Below are positions 1 through 11,920 of a stretch of 64,000 nt of DNA, one piece after another; position 1 is the first letter of the stretch; the number at the start of each line of letters is the position of its first letter. The notes beneath the pieces are model-generated. The model was not told the origin of the DNA, made no database searches, and saw nothing but the letters and a program-made list of their open reading frames with translations. Location of the stretch: assembly GCA_024704765.1 (NCBI GenBank), contig JAKMXF010000033.1, forward strand, positions 310,001 through 374,000, written 5' to 3'. This stretch comes from Oopsacas minuta (lineage: Eukaryota > Animalia > Porifera). The position numbers and the translations under genes were made by a program.

Positions 1-2295
1 CTGATTCTGTATCTGATTAGCCCATATGATACTCCCGGAGACAGGAGGTAAATCCCTAACTTTACAGAGTCGTTTAGCACTAGTACTGTTATATCCACTC
101 TTGTAAATGTTCTGCAGAGCTTCTATATCTTCCTTCACACGAGTAATTAACTCAGCTTGATATTCACGTATGGCACCACGGATATGTTGTCGTACAAACA
201 GTGCATTGAATCGAGAGAAAATTCGGAACATTTCAAAAGCGTTCTTAGCAGTTCCCAGCTGGTCTCTAAGTCTAGCAGCTATTCGTGTCTCCACTCTATC
301 AATCCGTTCGTTGTACCTCCTTATTGCCGCTTCCCAGGCCTGTTGGCCGTCCGGGCTCATGTCCAATACATCCAATTGTTTCATATCTTCGTATGCGAGG
401 TTCACTTCTCGAGTTGCTGACTGACTGTCTTGTAGGAAAATGTCCGATTGCTCTGTTGTGTCGCCAGGAGATAGAACACGGGAGATCACAGATTGTAGCT
501 GTTCGTGTTGCAGACGGAACTCTGCCAGCCTCTTCAGACGTTCAGAAAGTTTCCTGTGCTCGGGAAATATCTTCATTGACATGATGCCAGTAGCTCCGCT
601 AGCACGCGGTCTCTTAGTGTCTCGTAACATAGTCTGGAATTTGTCGTAATGGTCATCCCACATTTTGAATACTAGGCTACAGCGCTGTGTCAGATCACTG
701 AAATCCTGATAGCTAATGTGCATCATTTTTCGGGTATTAAGAATTTTTAGCATTTGTTGTGTAAGATCGACTGAGATTGCTTCTACAAGTTTTGAGAGTC
801 TCTGTGCTGGGTATAGAGAGTTCCTAGCTTTTTTGAGGTGTGTGAATATCTGACGGATACTTTCTGCTATTGCTTCTAGGTCAGTAGCCCCCAGCAAATT
901 TTGAATAGGGAAATCACGTAGGAATGTGCAGTAGTCCTCAACTTTCTGCATTGCATCGAGTAATCCTGTGTCCGTATCGAAAGAAACAAATACTCTGAAC
1001 TTTTTGGCTTTCTTCAGACATTCCATGGTAAGTTCAACTTCTGTACTAGCTTTCATATTTTGGATATTATGTAACGCATATTCCATATTCACCCAGAAAG
1101 TCATTTCCTGTAGGGCTGAACCAATTGCGGGGTCCTGTGTGAGAATTGTAACTTTTTGAATTTTCTTTATCCAATCTTTTACGTCATTTTGTAGCTTTGT
1201 TAAGAATTTAGGATCTTCCAGCTCATCCCCGAAATCTTCGTATGTGGCCTTTTTGCCCTGACTGAGTGCATTTTGCACGACTTCCTTCACTCTCCTTGAA
1301 GTTATTAACTCCACTTCTGGTATGTTGATATTCTGCTGGAGATGAAGCAGCGATATCTCTAGCTCACTCATCCTCTTCTGAACCGCAGGGACTAGTTTCT
1401 CTCCCTCACGACTGCCCTGTCCAGTTACTTGTACGTAGTTATTGAAGTATGGACTCACAGCGTTACGTACGTACGAGTGTAGTGTCTCGAAAGGAGAGCC
1501 GTCTCCAAAGTTTATGCAACGTATCTGATTATTCAGCGGCTTTCCAGCCTCGAGTACATCAGAAACTTTTATGAGAAAGAATGATGAACTGTTAGGCCTG
1601 TAGGATAGACCCAATGTGATAATGTATGTAACGTCACGAGTCACAGTCTTCTCTTGTATTGTCTCGTCTAACTCCCCTTCTGCTTGTGCAACAACTCTGC
1701 TGATCTAAATACAAACAGTTATAGCAGTAATAAACTGGGAACTTCAGGAAACGAAGAGACAATACAGAGAGCGAATTCCTAGTCTCATACAAATGAACAA
1801 ACGAGGAAATGGACAAAAAAGGAGCATTTTTCGGCATCCCTGGCGCCCCGTTTTAGAGGCTGCGTGTGCTCGCTTATATCTAAGTAATTATTGTATAACG
1901 GGAGATGATTGTATAGTTAATCAGGTGAATCAAAATTCCCTCTGAATAATATTGAAATTTGGTGTCACTTTTTTATAATAATTGAAACGACTTATGGACA
2001 GAAAATGTGCGGTAAAGGAATAATCAAAAGAAGGACGTACTTGTAAAGTTTTCTCTTGTGCATCTCTAATATATTTCCTGACAGCTTCACTGGCTTCTTT
2101 ACTTGCCAAACATTGTTCTAAGGCTGTACCCACTTGTTCCCCTGCATCCACTTCCTCTAGCTCTGTTATTGTCCTTCTCCTTATGTATCGGACTAACACG
2201 TCAGAACTGAGTTCCTGTCGCTCTGTGGGTCCGGAACTCTGTGCCTGTAAGGGTTCAGTAGTCCCTGGATCAAGAGTCTCAGGCTCTTCTGCCAT
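1..2295 (-). CDS. DYNC1H1: Cytoplasmic dynein 1 heavy chain, 5' part (gene runs off the window start)
   Basis: Exon 1 is 2295-2041 (MAEEPE...EKTLQ, donor CAA|GTACGT). Exon 2 runs from 1704 (TTTAG|ATC, phase 0) and is open to base 1. The translation contains SPFETLHSYVRNAVSPYF, LLHLQQNINIPEV, SFDTDTGL, EMFRIFSRFNALFVRQHIRGAIREYQ and RDLPPVSGSIIWA, matching the dynein-1 heavy chain N-terminal tail. Confidence 0.97.
1815..1860. mobile_element. MITE fragment in dynein intron 1, same family as 60636-60803
   Basis: The reverse complement (CCTCTAAAACGGGGCGCCAGGGATGCCGAAAAATGCT) resembles CCTCCACAAATGAGGTGTCAGGGACGCCGAAAAATGCT at about 60644-60680. Confidence 0.55.
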
Positions 2296-3264
2296 CGCTA
2301 ATTACTCTAGCTACCAGGTAATGTGAATTGAAAACCGATAATTTGATTAAAGTAAACAAAAACAAACACAAAATAAATAAACTAAGATAAATAAATAATA
2401 AATTGATGTAAATACCCCACTATTCGAATGTAAGGCAAATATGAAATTTGAACTTTTGGTTGAATAATAATTTATTCTATGGAAGGCCGCTAGAAATCTG
2501 ATATCAAACAGGATTCTATTTATTTCTATATAGGGTGCACTTACTATACAAAATACAAAAGACGCGCTGAAATAATTGCTGAGAATGGCGTTACGTGAAT
2601 TAGCTCCCATTCATATCCTAGGGGACCTACACGACCGACGCTTAGAGCACCATTGGTGTCCCTAACAACGGCCCCGACAGAAAATATGTTTACAGTTTCC
2701 ATGGAATGTCCGGAGTGTAACATTATTAATTCCGTTTTCATGAACAATTATAAATCTTTAATCATAATCACTCCGGAAATCGGAAATCCTGTCGGACCTG
2801 TCCTTGTAAGATGCTCTGTGAAATAGATTGCACTATCTAGCATATACTAAAATAATCCATGGAAGGGAAGGGAAGTTTTACCTCTTTCAATGTAATATAC
2901 ATGTAGTAAGCAATCTTTATTGTCGTGAAATCGAAAGGGTTATACAGGAAGTTTGATAATGAAGTAATAATATTCAAAAATATTCCAGTACAAGTTCAAT
3001 AATTTGTAGATTAGAACAGAAATGCTATATGAAAGTACAGAGCAATACAGTGTAAAGTAGCAAAGTATTTCATGAATAGTAACAAAATGTACACGAATGC
3101 TTACAATTTGGTTGTCTGAAGTATAATTAACTTGAATGACGGATGTATACTAATCAAAACACCATAAAATTATAATTAGCAAATAAATAATCAAACTAAT
3201 GCATTATATAATATACCCAAGAAATATTCAAGTGATAATCTTTCAAAGAGATATTCGGTCTGTA

Positions 3265-4239
3265 TTAGGTCAACAACGTTTGCAAAGCGTGAGTTAACTT
3301 GTCATCACACACAACAATATTCCCATCATAATTGAGACTTATACCAGTAGGAGTTTTGAGAATATCTTCACCATTAATCTTCTCTTTTGCTCCCAAAACC
3401 AAAATCAAGTCTCCTTTCTTGTTAAACATACGAATGACAGATTCATGATTATCACTGATCAATATATTCTGGTCTGAGTCAATATGAAAAAAGTAGCCTC
3501 GTGATGTTTCACTTTGATGAATCACACATTTCAACAATTTCCCTTTCATGTTAAACAGCTGTACAGGGTATTGACTGCCCTCACACAAAATATACACAAA
3601 TTCATCGCTAATAATCTTCACATCCCAAACATCTGTATCCTCTTTAATGTAGTCTGATTGTAGTTTAATCTTCTTCGTTAAGTTCAATGAATCGTCGAAT
3701 ACTTGAAGGAAATTATTCACTTCACAAGCATAGATATTCCCCAAGGAGTCAATATCAAGTCCAGCAAGCCAAGATTCACTAGCTACCATCTTAACCTCAT
3801 CTCCAGTCCGTTTACAAAGTTTTAAAAGGTAATTTTTGTCAAAAGTACAGCATGTAATGTAAAGGAATTCTCCGTGAACTATGATTCCCCATGGATATGT
3901 TAGCAATGAAGATTTTAATGCATTCAAATGTGCACCATGCTTATTGAATGATTGTATTCTATGATTCATGCAGTCAGCAACATAAATAATCTCTGTACCG
4001 TTATCAATTGCTAATCCTTTAGGTTGGAAAAGGCCATCATGTTTATTTCCACGATTGCACATTCTCCAAACGTAACTATGCCCAAATGAATCATTTTGCA
4101 CAGTTTCCAAGATCACAGGCTGAATTGTATCACTCGTACAACTCCCATTCAATGCATGGAAAGCATTACCGTCGTTACCAGTCTGTTTTGGTAACAGTTT
4201 GTCTGGTGAATTCAAAGAAAAGTAGATTTTCTCATCCAT
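3265..4239 (-). CDS. NHL-repeat (six-bladed beta-propeller) protein, TRIM/NHL-like C-terminal domain
   Basis: Intronless 324-aa ORF with repeated NHL blades: FQPKGLAID..IYVADCMNHRIQSF, YPWGIIV, GLDIDSLGNIY, ILISDNHESVIRMF, PTGISLNYDGNIVVCD. Confidence 0.88.
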   Translation of the reverse strand: MDEKIYFSLNSPDKLLPKQTGNDGNAFHALNGSCTSDTIQPVILETVQNDSFGHSYVWRMCNRGNKHDGLFQPKGLAIDNGTEIIYVADCMNHRIQSFNKHGAHLNALKSSLLTYPWGIIVHGEFLYITCCTFDKNYLLKLCKRTGDEVKMVASESWLAGLDIDSLGNIYACEVNNFLQVFDDSLNLTKKIKLQSDYIKEDTDVWDVKIISDEFVYILCEGSQYPVQLFNMKGKLLKCVIHQSETSRGYFFHIDSDQNILISDNHESVIRMFNKKGDLILVLGAKEKINGEDILKTPTGISLNYDGNIVVCDDKLTHALQTLLT

Positions 4240-4574
4240 TTCTAATGATTCTAAGCTAGATTGTGCCTAGTAAAATAACTGATAAAACTCGTAAGAGCGA
4301 TAATTACCTTAAAAGTTTTATCAGTTTATCAATTAAAGCAGAATTGCGTTGTAGTAATGAAGTTTATCAAAACAGCAATGCTTTGAAGAAATGTCATCTA
4401 ATTTTAGTAGTACATTCGTATATTACGAAATTCTGATACTAAGATAAAGCAGTGATAATGTCTATAAGAAGTATTAATGGATTAATACTTAATTCAGAAT
4501 CTATAAATATAGAAACTTATAACAAAAAATAAGAAATTCAAAATTTCTAAATTCGAAGAAAACTGCGCTATAAA

Positions 4575-5063
4575 ATGGAAGCAATATCAATAACAAATTC
4601 TGATATCAAGAGTTACTACACCTGCAATCAGTTAGCAGAGTATAGACAATTATTCGGGACATTTGAATTGAATAAAGATGGTCACATTACTTGTACACAA
4701 CTCAAAAAATATCTAACAGGAAATTATATGAAAAAGAGCAATGAAGAGTTAGAAGAAATAGTAAATGAAGCAGATTTAAGCGGGTGTGGTCGTATTACAT
4801 TCGACAATTTTATGCAACTGATCCTAAACAGAGACTTAGAGGAAAAAAGAACTGAGATTAAATCATTATTTGATAGCTTTGATTCGAACAGAGACGGATA
4901 CATTGACATAGCAGAACTATCAGCTGTATTCTTCTCACTCAACAGCAAAGATGAGAATCAAATAATAACAGTATTCAAACAGCTGGACAGAAACAATGAT
5001 GGTAAAGTGGATTTTGAAGAGTTCCATTCATTTATGGCACAAGGCGATGACTTGAAATTATAG
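4575..5063 (+). CDS. Calmodulin-like four-EF-hand protein, copy 1
   Basis: 162-aa ORF with EF loops ELNKDGHITCTQL (degenerate), DLSGCGRITFDNF, DSNRDGYIDIAEL and DRNNDGKVDFEEF. A TATAAAT lies at about 4502. Confidence 0.9.
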   Translation: MEAISITNSDIKSYYTCNQLAEYRQLFGTFELNKDGHITCTQLKKYLTGNYMKKSNEELEEIVNEADLSGCGRITFDNFMQLILNRDLEEKRTEIKSLFDSFDSNRDGYIDIAELSAVFFSLNSKDENQIITVFKQLDRNNDGKVDFEEFHSFMAQGDDLKL

Positions 5064-5531
5064 GCTTCAGTAATTATAGCAGTGTATCCTTGAGTAAAAT
5101 AGTAATATATAAATATTGCCTGATTTGTTGAAAAATTAATAAATATACGCTTACATATCAAACGAATTTGCTTAATTACTCATAAGATATATCCATAAAT
5201 TGTATACTCCATGCGCTGTCGAGTTACTGTGACCTATTTAGCGAACTCTTAGTTTATTCAAAACGACTTCAATCAATAGTATGATTTACCAATTTTTAAC
5301 ATACGTAATTCAAAAGGAATAAGTATAACTTCCGCTGTGTGAATAGAAACATATAATAAGATCAGTTTACATCCTTAAACCAAATTAATGAACTAGTTGT
5401 CGCAATTACCAACACAACTATCGTCAGTGCATTGCTATCAAGATTGAACATATCAGTAATTAACTACAGAATCATATAAATACATCTATTTCTAATCGAA
5501 TGTTAAAAATAATATAATTTCAATTAGAAAC

Positions 5532-6023
5532 ATGCAAGCCTTACTACCAGCTCAGTGCGAACTATTCCTAAACCAATATACATGCTCAGAATTGGCCGAA
5601 TACAAACAATTATTCGGTACAATCGATCCAAACAATGATGGCTACATAACTTGCAATCAACTCAAGAATTATTTGATGTGTTCCATGAATCATATAAGTA
5701 GTGAAGAGTTAGAAGAAATAGTAAATGAAGCGGATTTAAGCGGGTGTGGTCGTATTACATTCGACAATTTTATGCAACTGATCCTAAACAGAGACTTGAA
5801 GGAAAAAAGAACTGAGACTAAATCAGTATTTGATAGCTTTGATTTGAACAGAGACGGATACATTGACATACTAGATCTATCAGCCGTATTCTTCTCACTC
5901 AACAGCAAAGATGAGAATCAAATAATAACAGTATTCAAACAGCTGGACAGAAACAATGATGGTAAAGTCGACTTTGAAGAGTTCCAAGAGTTTATGGATT
6001 ATTGCAATGACTTGCCATTCTAG
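5532..6023 (+). CDS. Calmodulin-like four-EF-hand protein, copy 2 (tandem paralog)
   Basis: 163-aa ORF with loops DPNNDGYITCNQL, DLSGCGRITFDNF, DLNRDGYIDILDL and DRNNDGKVDFEEF. Its 3' part is nearly identical to copy 1 at a 960-bp offset. Confidence 0.9.
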   Translation: MQALLPAQCELFLNQYTCSELAEYKQLFGTIDPNNDGYITCNQLKNYLMCSMNHISSEELEEIVNEADLSGCGRITFDNFMQLILNRDLKEKRTETKSVFDSFDLNRDGYIDILDLSAVFFSLNSKDENQIITVFKQLDRNNDGKVDFEEFQEFMDYCNDLPF

Positions 6024-6343
6024 TCAAAAGAGCGATATTATTATCTTATATACACTTAATTAAGTGAAAAGAGTTACATATATAGCTATATACCTGATTA
6101 TATCTGAATAAAAAGAATATTAAAATTTGAAGTCTATCGGTTATATTTCGCTTCCCGCTTCCTCAGTCAAATTGGGAATTTGGCGTATACCTGGAAAATG
6201 GATGATGGGGGAAATGGTTTGTAACAATTGAATTAACATCTTAACAGTACTGTCCAGCTGCTTTGGGAATGCTAATCCAAAATTCCATCACTTAGTGGTG
6301 GAATTTATTAGAGAATATCTGATTAAAGTGTTCTAATGCAATT

Positions 6344-6656
6344 ATTAAGATAAAATTGGAGATTGTGAATAATTATTTGATAATACGTAATCCTTGTAAT
6401 ATATACTTTGAAGCAAAATGAATAACTCATTTCGTATACAGTGGATGTTGGTTATAAGAACACCTATGGGAGTAGTAATACATGTCTTAATAACCAGCAA
6501 ATATAGAGGAATATATGAGAACCGTTTTCCAGAGGATGGTGCTTATAACCGACATCCACTGTATACGAAATGAGTTATTCATTTTGCTTCAAAGTATATA
6601 TTACAAGGATTACGTATTATCAAATAATTATCCACAATCCCCAATTTTATCTTAAT
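6344..6656. repeat. Long inverted repeat: 95-bp arms (6344-6438 and 6562-6656) enclosing a MITE
   Basis: The left arm equals the reverse complement of the right arm at 93 of 95 positions (compared base by base). Confidence 0.95.
6439..6561. mobile_element. MITE family B (Tc1/mariner-pogo type), 123 bp
   Basis: TIR CAGTGGATG(T/C)TGGTTATAAG-type ends (CAGTGGATGTTGGTTATAAG ... CTTATAACCGACATCCACTG), flanked by TA on both sides. Confidence 0.9.
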
Positions 6657-9203
6657 GTTCTTCAGTATCCACTGGATACATTACAAACGAGCAAAAAAAA
6701 ACACTATTAGACAAGAAAGGAAAACACGTGTACTTTGTGCCATTAATGTATTAGCGCATTTCCTATTATAATAATACTACTATCATCATAATTGTAACTA
6801 CCAAATCAGATATAAGTACAAGGTCGTTAGCGAAGCAATATTCTAACATAGGTTAATTAAGCGAGGTAATTATCGTAGGTGTATTCATAAACACATAACT
6901 ACACGTAATATACCATAGTGAAGGTACTTTTAAGCTACATAATCTTTGTAAAGGTTGTTGAGCAAATTAACCCAAGCGACATACAATAGAAGAGGTCATT
7001 AGATGTACTTGATTATGAATACCTGGAAAGCTTACACAGACAATTACACTCAAATGCATTACAGATATTGCGTTTTGGAAACATTAGAATTACCATACGA
7101 TTGCAGAGAATTTAGTTATGTCCATTTGGACGAATTTATTCTCTAAAGTACAAGAATAATCAAACAATTTGTTACGTATTCACATCATGTTGTTTCATTA
7201 CGTTTGCAGTAACCAAGTTAACATGCAATCGTATTCACTACAGTGCATTATACCCACTGGCATCATTGAGATGGGATGCAAAAATATGATAAATTTCCAG
7301 TCAGTTCAATAGCATATAGTTGATAATATGATTAGGATAAACGTATTTTACAGTCTATACTCGTTGCAAATATTATCTTAGATTGTAAGTGGAATACAAA
7401 AGTTCTCTTCACAAATATGTAGCAGTTGTTATAAGATGATATACGCATCAGGTCATATATCCAAAAAGGGAGAAAGGGGAAAGAGCGAACAGATGTATAT
7501 AGACGATAGAGTATTGTAATATACCAGTAATATTAACGTGCAAATAATTAAGAATTATTATAATACAGTGTCACAAATAATGACATTTACGATTTAGTGA
7601 ATATTCTAAAATGACAGAAATTGTCTACGTATCAGTCTATCAGAGCCCACCTTCCTTCAGTGTTAAAATACAATCAGCTTCAATACAGGAAATTACAATC
7701 ATCTCGAAATATCTGACAAGCGTTTGCTAAGCACAGTTTATTAATTCTTAGTTATGGAGTAATTACAATAAATAGGATAATGCTACAGGAATGAGCATTT
7801 GCTTGTCATTCAATTGCTTGAGTGTCAATATGGTTAAATCATTAGGAAATAAAAGATACCCCTTTGGCAAGTTAATGACACAAAATTGTTAAAGTTCCTC
7901 ACAGATTTGTATATGTCTAGAGCGTGACCATGGTAGGATGTTAAACCAATGAAAATACAAGTTTACTAAATTCAAAATATATCTGTAATCAGCATTTTGA
8001 GTTATTGCGTGGTTTAGGAATGTATTATTAACTCAATTAGGGAACGCTAATTTATACATTACCAACATCTGGGAGAATATGTACGTAATATTGGAGTTAT
8101 TTAGAGAGTAAACTCAGTCGTAAAACAAACATTAAATCCATTACGATGATGTCATAAAAGGAAAATCCTCTTATTTCCGTATCTTGATGGTAAGAAGTTT
8201 CATGGTAAAGACAGGTAGCTTTATAATGACAAAATTATTTACTTACTTTCAAATTAAAGAAAGAGAGTGGATAGATTTATGAACCGACATCAGTTTCACA
8301 ATGAAATGTATGCCATAAATGATTTATCTACACATCCAGCTGCTTATGTCCAAATTATGTCTGCTTCCCGAATATTTTAGATAAAATGAATAATCGTGTT
8401 TGCAATCATTATTTCCTTTATGATTGCAGAAAGTAGAAATATTCTTGGTAATTAACATACGTATTTTGTAATTGTCTAATTGATAGATTTTGGTAGCTGT
8501 ATCATTGTGGCAGAAATTTTGAGAAAATTTATGGGGAAATGGTATGATTTTCGAGTATGCTAGCCTCTTAAAATTGATCGTGGTACAATTCAGAACTAAA
8601 CTGGCAATAGGCGAGATATATTACACAGTATTGTCTCTTGCCTAAACTGGCGAATACTTACTTATGGGTAAGCCTGCAGAGACGCAGCTTTAGAGCTCGA
8701 GCTAATTAGCAGAGCCATCAACAAAAGATCGTGATAACAATATTGAACGCAAGATTTGCAAATCATTTACTTGCAATGAAGACTTGCGTTCCGCGAAACA
8801 AAGTCATTAGATAAGCTTTGTATAGCAAATTAATTTTGATTTCTAAACATTGAAAAAATTAATCTTAACTCATATACGAAGTAGAAGTGTGTGTACGTAG
8901 ATTTGAATCAATTTGCAATAAGCAATAGACCACAAATAGCAATCAAAACCAAGAATATTAATGAATTATAATATAATTACATTATCCATCTAATACTTAA
9001 AAGCTGGAAATTCGAACACAAATGAGCTAAAGTCGATTGCGTTTTGGATATATTTAGTAGCTAAACAATGTTGAGAAAGAATTAATTTACTGAGTGTTAT
9101 CCCTGGAAAGTTTACAGAACAGATATCATAATATTTGTACCAATATTAGAAGGCCAGATAAATTGAGGTATAATACAGTTACTGAAAGTACGTCTGTGAC
9201 TTG

Positions 9204-9827
9204 CTATTTTAAGCTAGAAATAATTTCCGTGAGAGCTATTCCAGCTCGAGTTTTATCAATCTGTTTTATTTCACGAACTCTCTGACTGATTTCTGTAAGA
9301 ATCTTATGCTGAACTTCTCTATCTGCTCCGTGTTTGTTAACACAATTCAAGAAATCTTGTCTCTCTCTAATCTCATCCATAACTTCATCAAACTTGTCAA
9401 TCGTGACGTCATCACTGTCACATGTCTCACGTCTTAATGCTTTAATCTGATCACTGAATTTATCCTCATGTAATGCATCCCCAAACGCCATTATATTTTG
9501 TAACTTCTCCTTTTCTAGTTTAGTATCTCTACCAGGTTTACAAGGCCTTGGTAATAATTCTGTCTCTGTGTCTTCAGATTGTAATCTCTCTATAACGTCT
9601 TTAGATCGCTTAGAGTATAGCTTACTTTTGGACTGACGGGGTAATTTAGCTTTAGAGACAGTAGACTTAGAAGAGGTCGGGTTGACTGTTGTAGGTAGAG
9701 AAGAACCTGACTTGAGTTTATCTTTTATTTGCCTCTGTTGGAAAAGAGTTAATTTAGATTCCTCCATCATTACTTTGAGCAGATCTTGTGTATCTTTACT
9801 GTAGGCTGGAGTTGTACGTGAAAACAT
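9204..9827 (-). CDS. C22orf23: UPF0193 protein EVG1 homolog
   Basis: Motifs YSKDTQDLLKVMMEESKLTLFQQRQI, EKEKLQNIMAFG, DKFDEVMDEIRERQDFL and ILTEISQRVREIKQID. The ORF-track start at 9854 lies in a MITE, so the ATG at 9827 after TATAG|CT is preferred; an upstream exon cannot be excluded. Confidence 0.85.
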   Translation of the reverse strand: MFSRTTPAYSKDTQDLLKVMMEESKLTLFQQRQIKDKLKSGSSLPTTVNPTSSKSTVSKAKLPRQSKSKLYSKRSKDVIERLQSEDTETELLPRPCKPGRDTKLEKEKLQNIMAFGDALHEDKFSDQIKALRRETCDSDDVTIDKFDEVMDEIRERQDFLNCVNKHGADREVQHKILTEISQRVREIKQIDKTRAGIALTEIISSLK

Positions 9828-9847
9828 AGCTATACACAGGATATATA

Positions 9848-9917
9848 CAATCAACTCCAGTTATATCGAAGCTCAAGGAACCATGATAATTACTTCGATA
9901 TCAGCGGGAGTTGACTG
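9848..9917. mobile_element. MITE family A, 70-bp minimal copy
   Basis: CAATCAACTCCAGTTATATCGAAG ... CTTCGATATCAGCGGGAGTTGACTG; ends match the family A TIR CAGTCAACTCCCGTTATATCGAA. Confidence 0.8.
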
Positions 9918-10714
9918 ATAAATCGATTCTACAAACAAATTTCCGCACGAAAACAACATTCCATTAAGAATTAAGTAATATCCTGAAGTGTATTACTTGT
10001 AAATACTAACAAAACAGATATGACATTTACAACTGATCTCTTCTTCACTTGTACTTGCCTCTATACACACATATCCCCATATTGTAGCAGTCAAATCGAG
10101 TACTTGTACTACTCCACAAGATGAAGTGTACACTTGTGAGTCTCATTATAATATATACCAGGGATTTATGGGTACCCGTCTACTCCGTTGCTTTAGTGTA
10201 TCACAAGATACGAAATCTAAATCCTCGAATAATTCCTTTCCTATAAACACTCAATCGTCTCCTACACAACAAAAGCAGCAAAAGACAGTTTTCTTCACGA
10301 GTTTTAAGCGCAGGATTTGATTACACAAAATTCCTAAGATTTCTGATACAAACAGACCAGACTAGACAAGATGTACATCCAGACCCAACACCTCTTTCTC
10401 TCATTTCTCTTAGAGTACGGAGCAAAGAATAATAATAATAATAATAAGCATAGAAATCATGCTAAAGTCAAAACAAAAACAAATACAACTGACGAAGCTG
10501 GAAAATACCGGAATTCTAGGCTCGATATCTAGACTATTACCATTGATGAGTCAAGTCCGAAACAGAACTTCGCATTTCCAAAACAGGCTCTGACTGTAAC
10601 AAGCTTAAAACTGTAAAAAGAGGGACAGCGTTATAGCCTATGCCGTTACTTGTTATCTTATACATTATGAGTATTCACGAAATAATTAAATTACTCAAAC
10701 ACACAAATGTAGTA

Positions 10715-10780
10715 CAGTAAAACCTGCATAATCCTACACTCGTTTGGATGTGGGAATTCAATTGTGTCGGATTATGCAGG
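10715..10780. mobile_element. Tigger/pogo-like MITE end fragment
   Basis: TA|CAGTAAAACCTGCATAATCC followed by the inverted GGATTATGCAGG. Confidence 0.5.
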
Positions 10781-11920
10781 GCAAGGTGTTTGGGGTTAGA
10801 TACAAAGGTAGACATTCTGTTATCAAGTCTAGCCCCTGAATGCGTAAAGGAGAAGTGTCTATCACCTTATTTTATATATTACAGTTAGTAGTCATTTCAA
10901 ATTAGATCTGTCTACATCAGCATTTTTCAAGTTTGATGTGCTTGCATTCTGATTAGAAAGTTGATGAGTAAACTTGTCCCAGACTAATTAGCAAAAATAA
11001 AATCTGCTGTGGCTGTTTTACTATGCTTAATTACTCGTATGATTAGCCTACTGATAAAATATACAGTTGGTGTTTTGATGAATTTTAGAATGAGGAATTA
11101 TAATGTCGACGGCTATGTATAACAGAATATCTTAAAGAGATTAGTGATAATTATTACAAGTTGGGAAACAGTTAGAAACTGGTTTAAATGTATTATTCGT
11201 ACTAATACTCGTTAACTGAAATACACTGCAACCTCTATAAGTGGGGTCTCAATAATGGGGAATCACCTTAAGCGCTTTATATTCGTTCATTTCCACACAA
11301 ATGGATTACCCCATAAAGAAGGCCTTCGCTCGGGTTCTTGCCACGAAACAAAATTTTTTTGAAAATCCGAGGAAGATGAAAATTACTATTTTGTGATTTT
11401 CACAATTGTATGTCTCATTGTGTCTGTTTACAATATTGAACCATTAAACTGGCTATTTCATCATTCACATGATAAACTGACAAAAGTATGTTCCTGAATT
11501 TCCCGTCCACTGAGAGTAGTGTATTAACCTGTGTAAACTAGTAGAATTCTACAAGCTTGTGTAATAGCTGTGCTACTAACTAGTACAGCATGAAAGTTCA
11601 TCTGTATATATAAATAGATGGGAGCCAAACTACAAACTAAGCTTTCAATATAACCACTTGTTTCAAGTAAGTACCCAACAATTGTTTGATATTTTGTGTA
11701 CAGTCGGTATCAAATTTTGATTTGTCCCGCGAGGTGAGTATACAATTAATCCTTCTAAATCGGATAGGAAATGAGATACAATTAATTAAATACCAAATTA
11801 CACAAAAGTAGCATTTGAAATTTGATTACATTTTAGACAAAGCAATAAATAGCATACCTTATATATTAATAGAATGTATTTTTGTATATGAAGGCTTGTG
11901 TAATTCTGTACTTGTGTAGA

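Noticed and set aside
157-1159. Several short plus-strand ORFs
   Set aside because: They are antisense shadows of the dynein exon, which the ORF track omits because it runs off the window without a stop.
7640-8220. Protein-like stretches interrupted by stops (possible decayed gene)
   Set aside because: No recognisable family, multiple stops, and no consistent strand; cannot be supported by eye.
8640-8720. Possible SL RNA or U1-like gene (ATACTTAC, GG|GTAAGC donor, small stems)
   Set aside because: No Sm site (AUUUUG-like) after the donor and no U1 continuation. No SL RNA gene could be identified anywhere in the window.
10543-10563. Hammerhead-like core TGATGAG...CGAAAC
   Set aside because: C3 is T, stem II does not pair, and no stem I complement exists around the candidate cleavage triplet.
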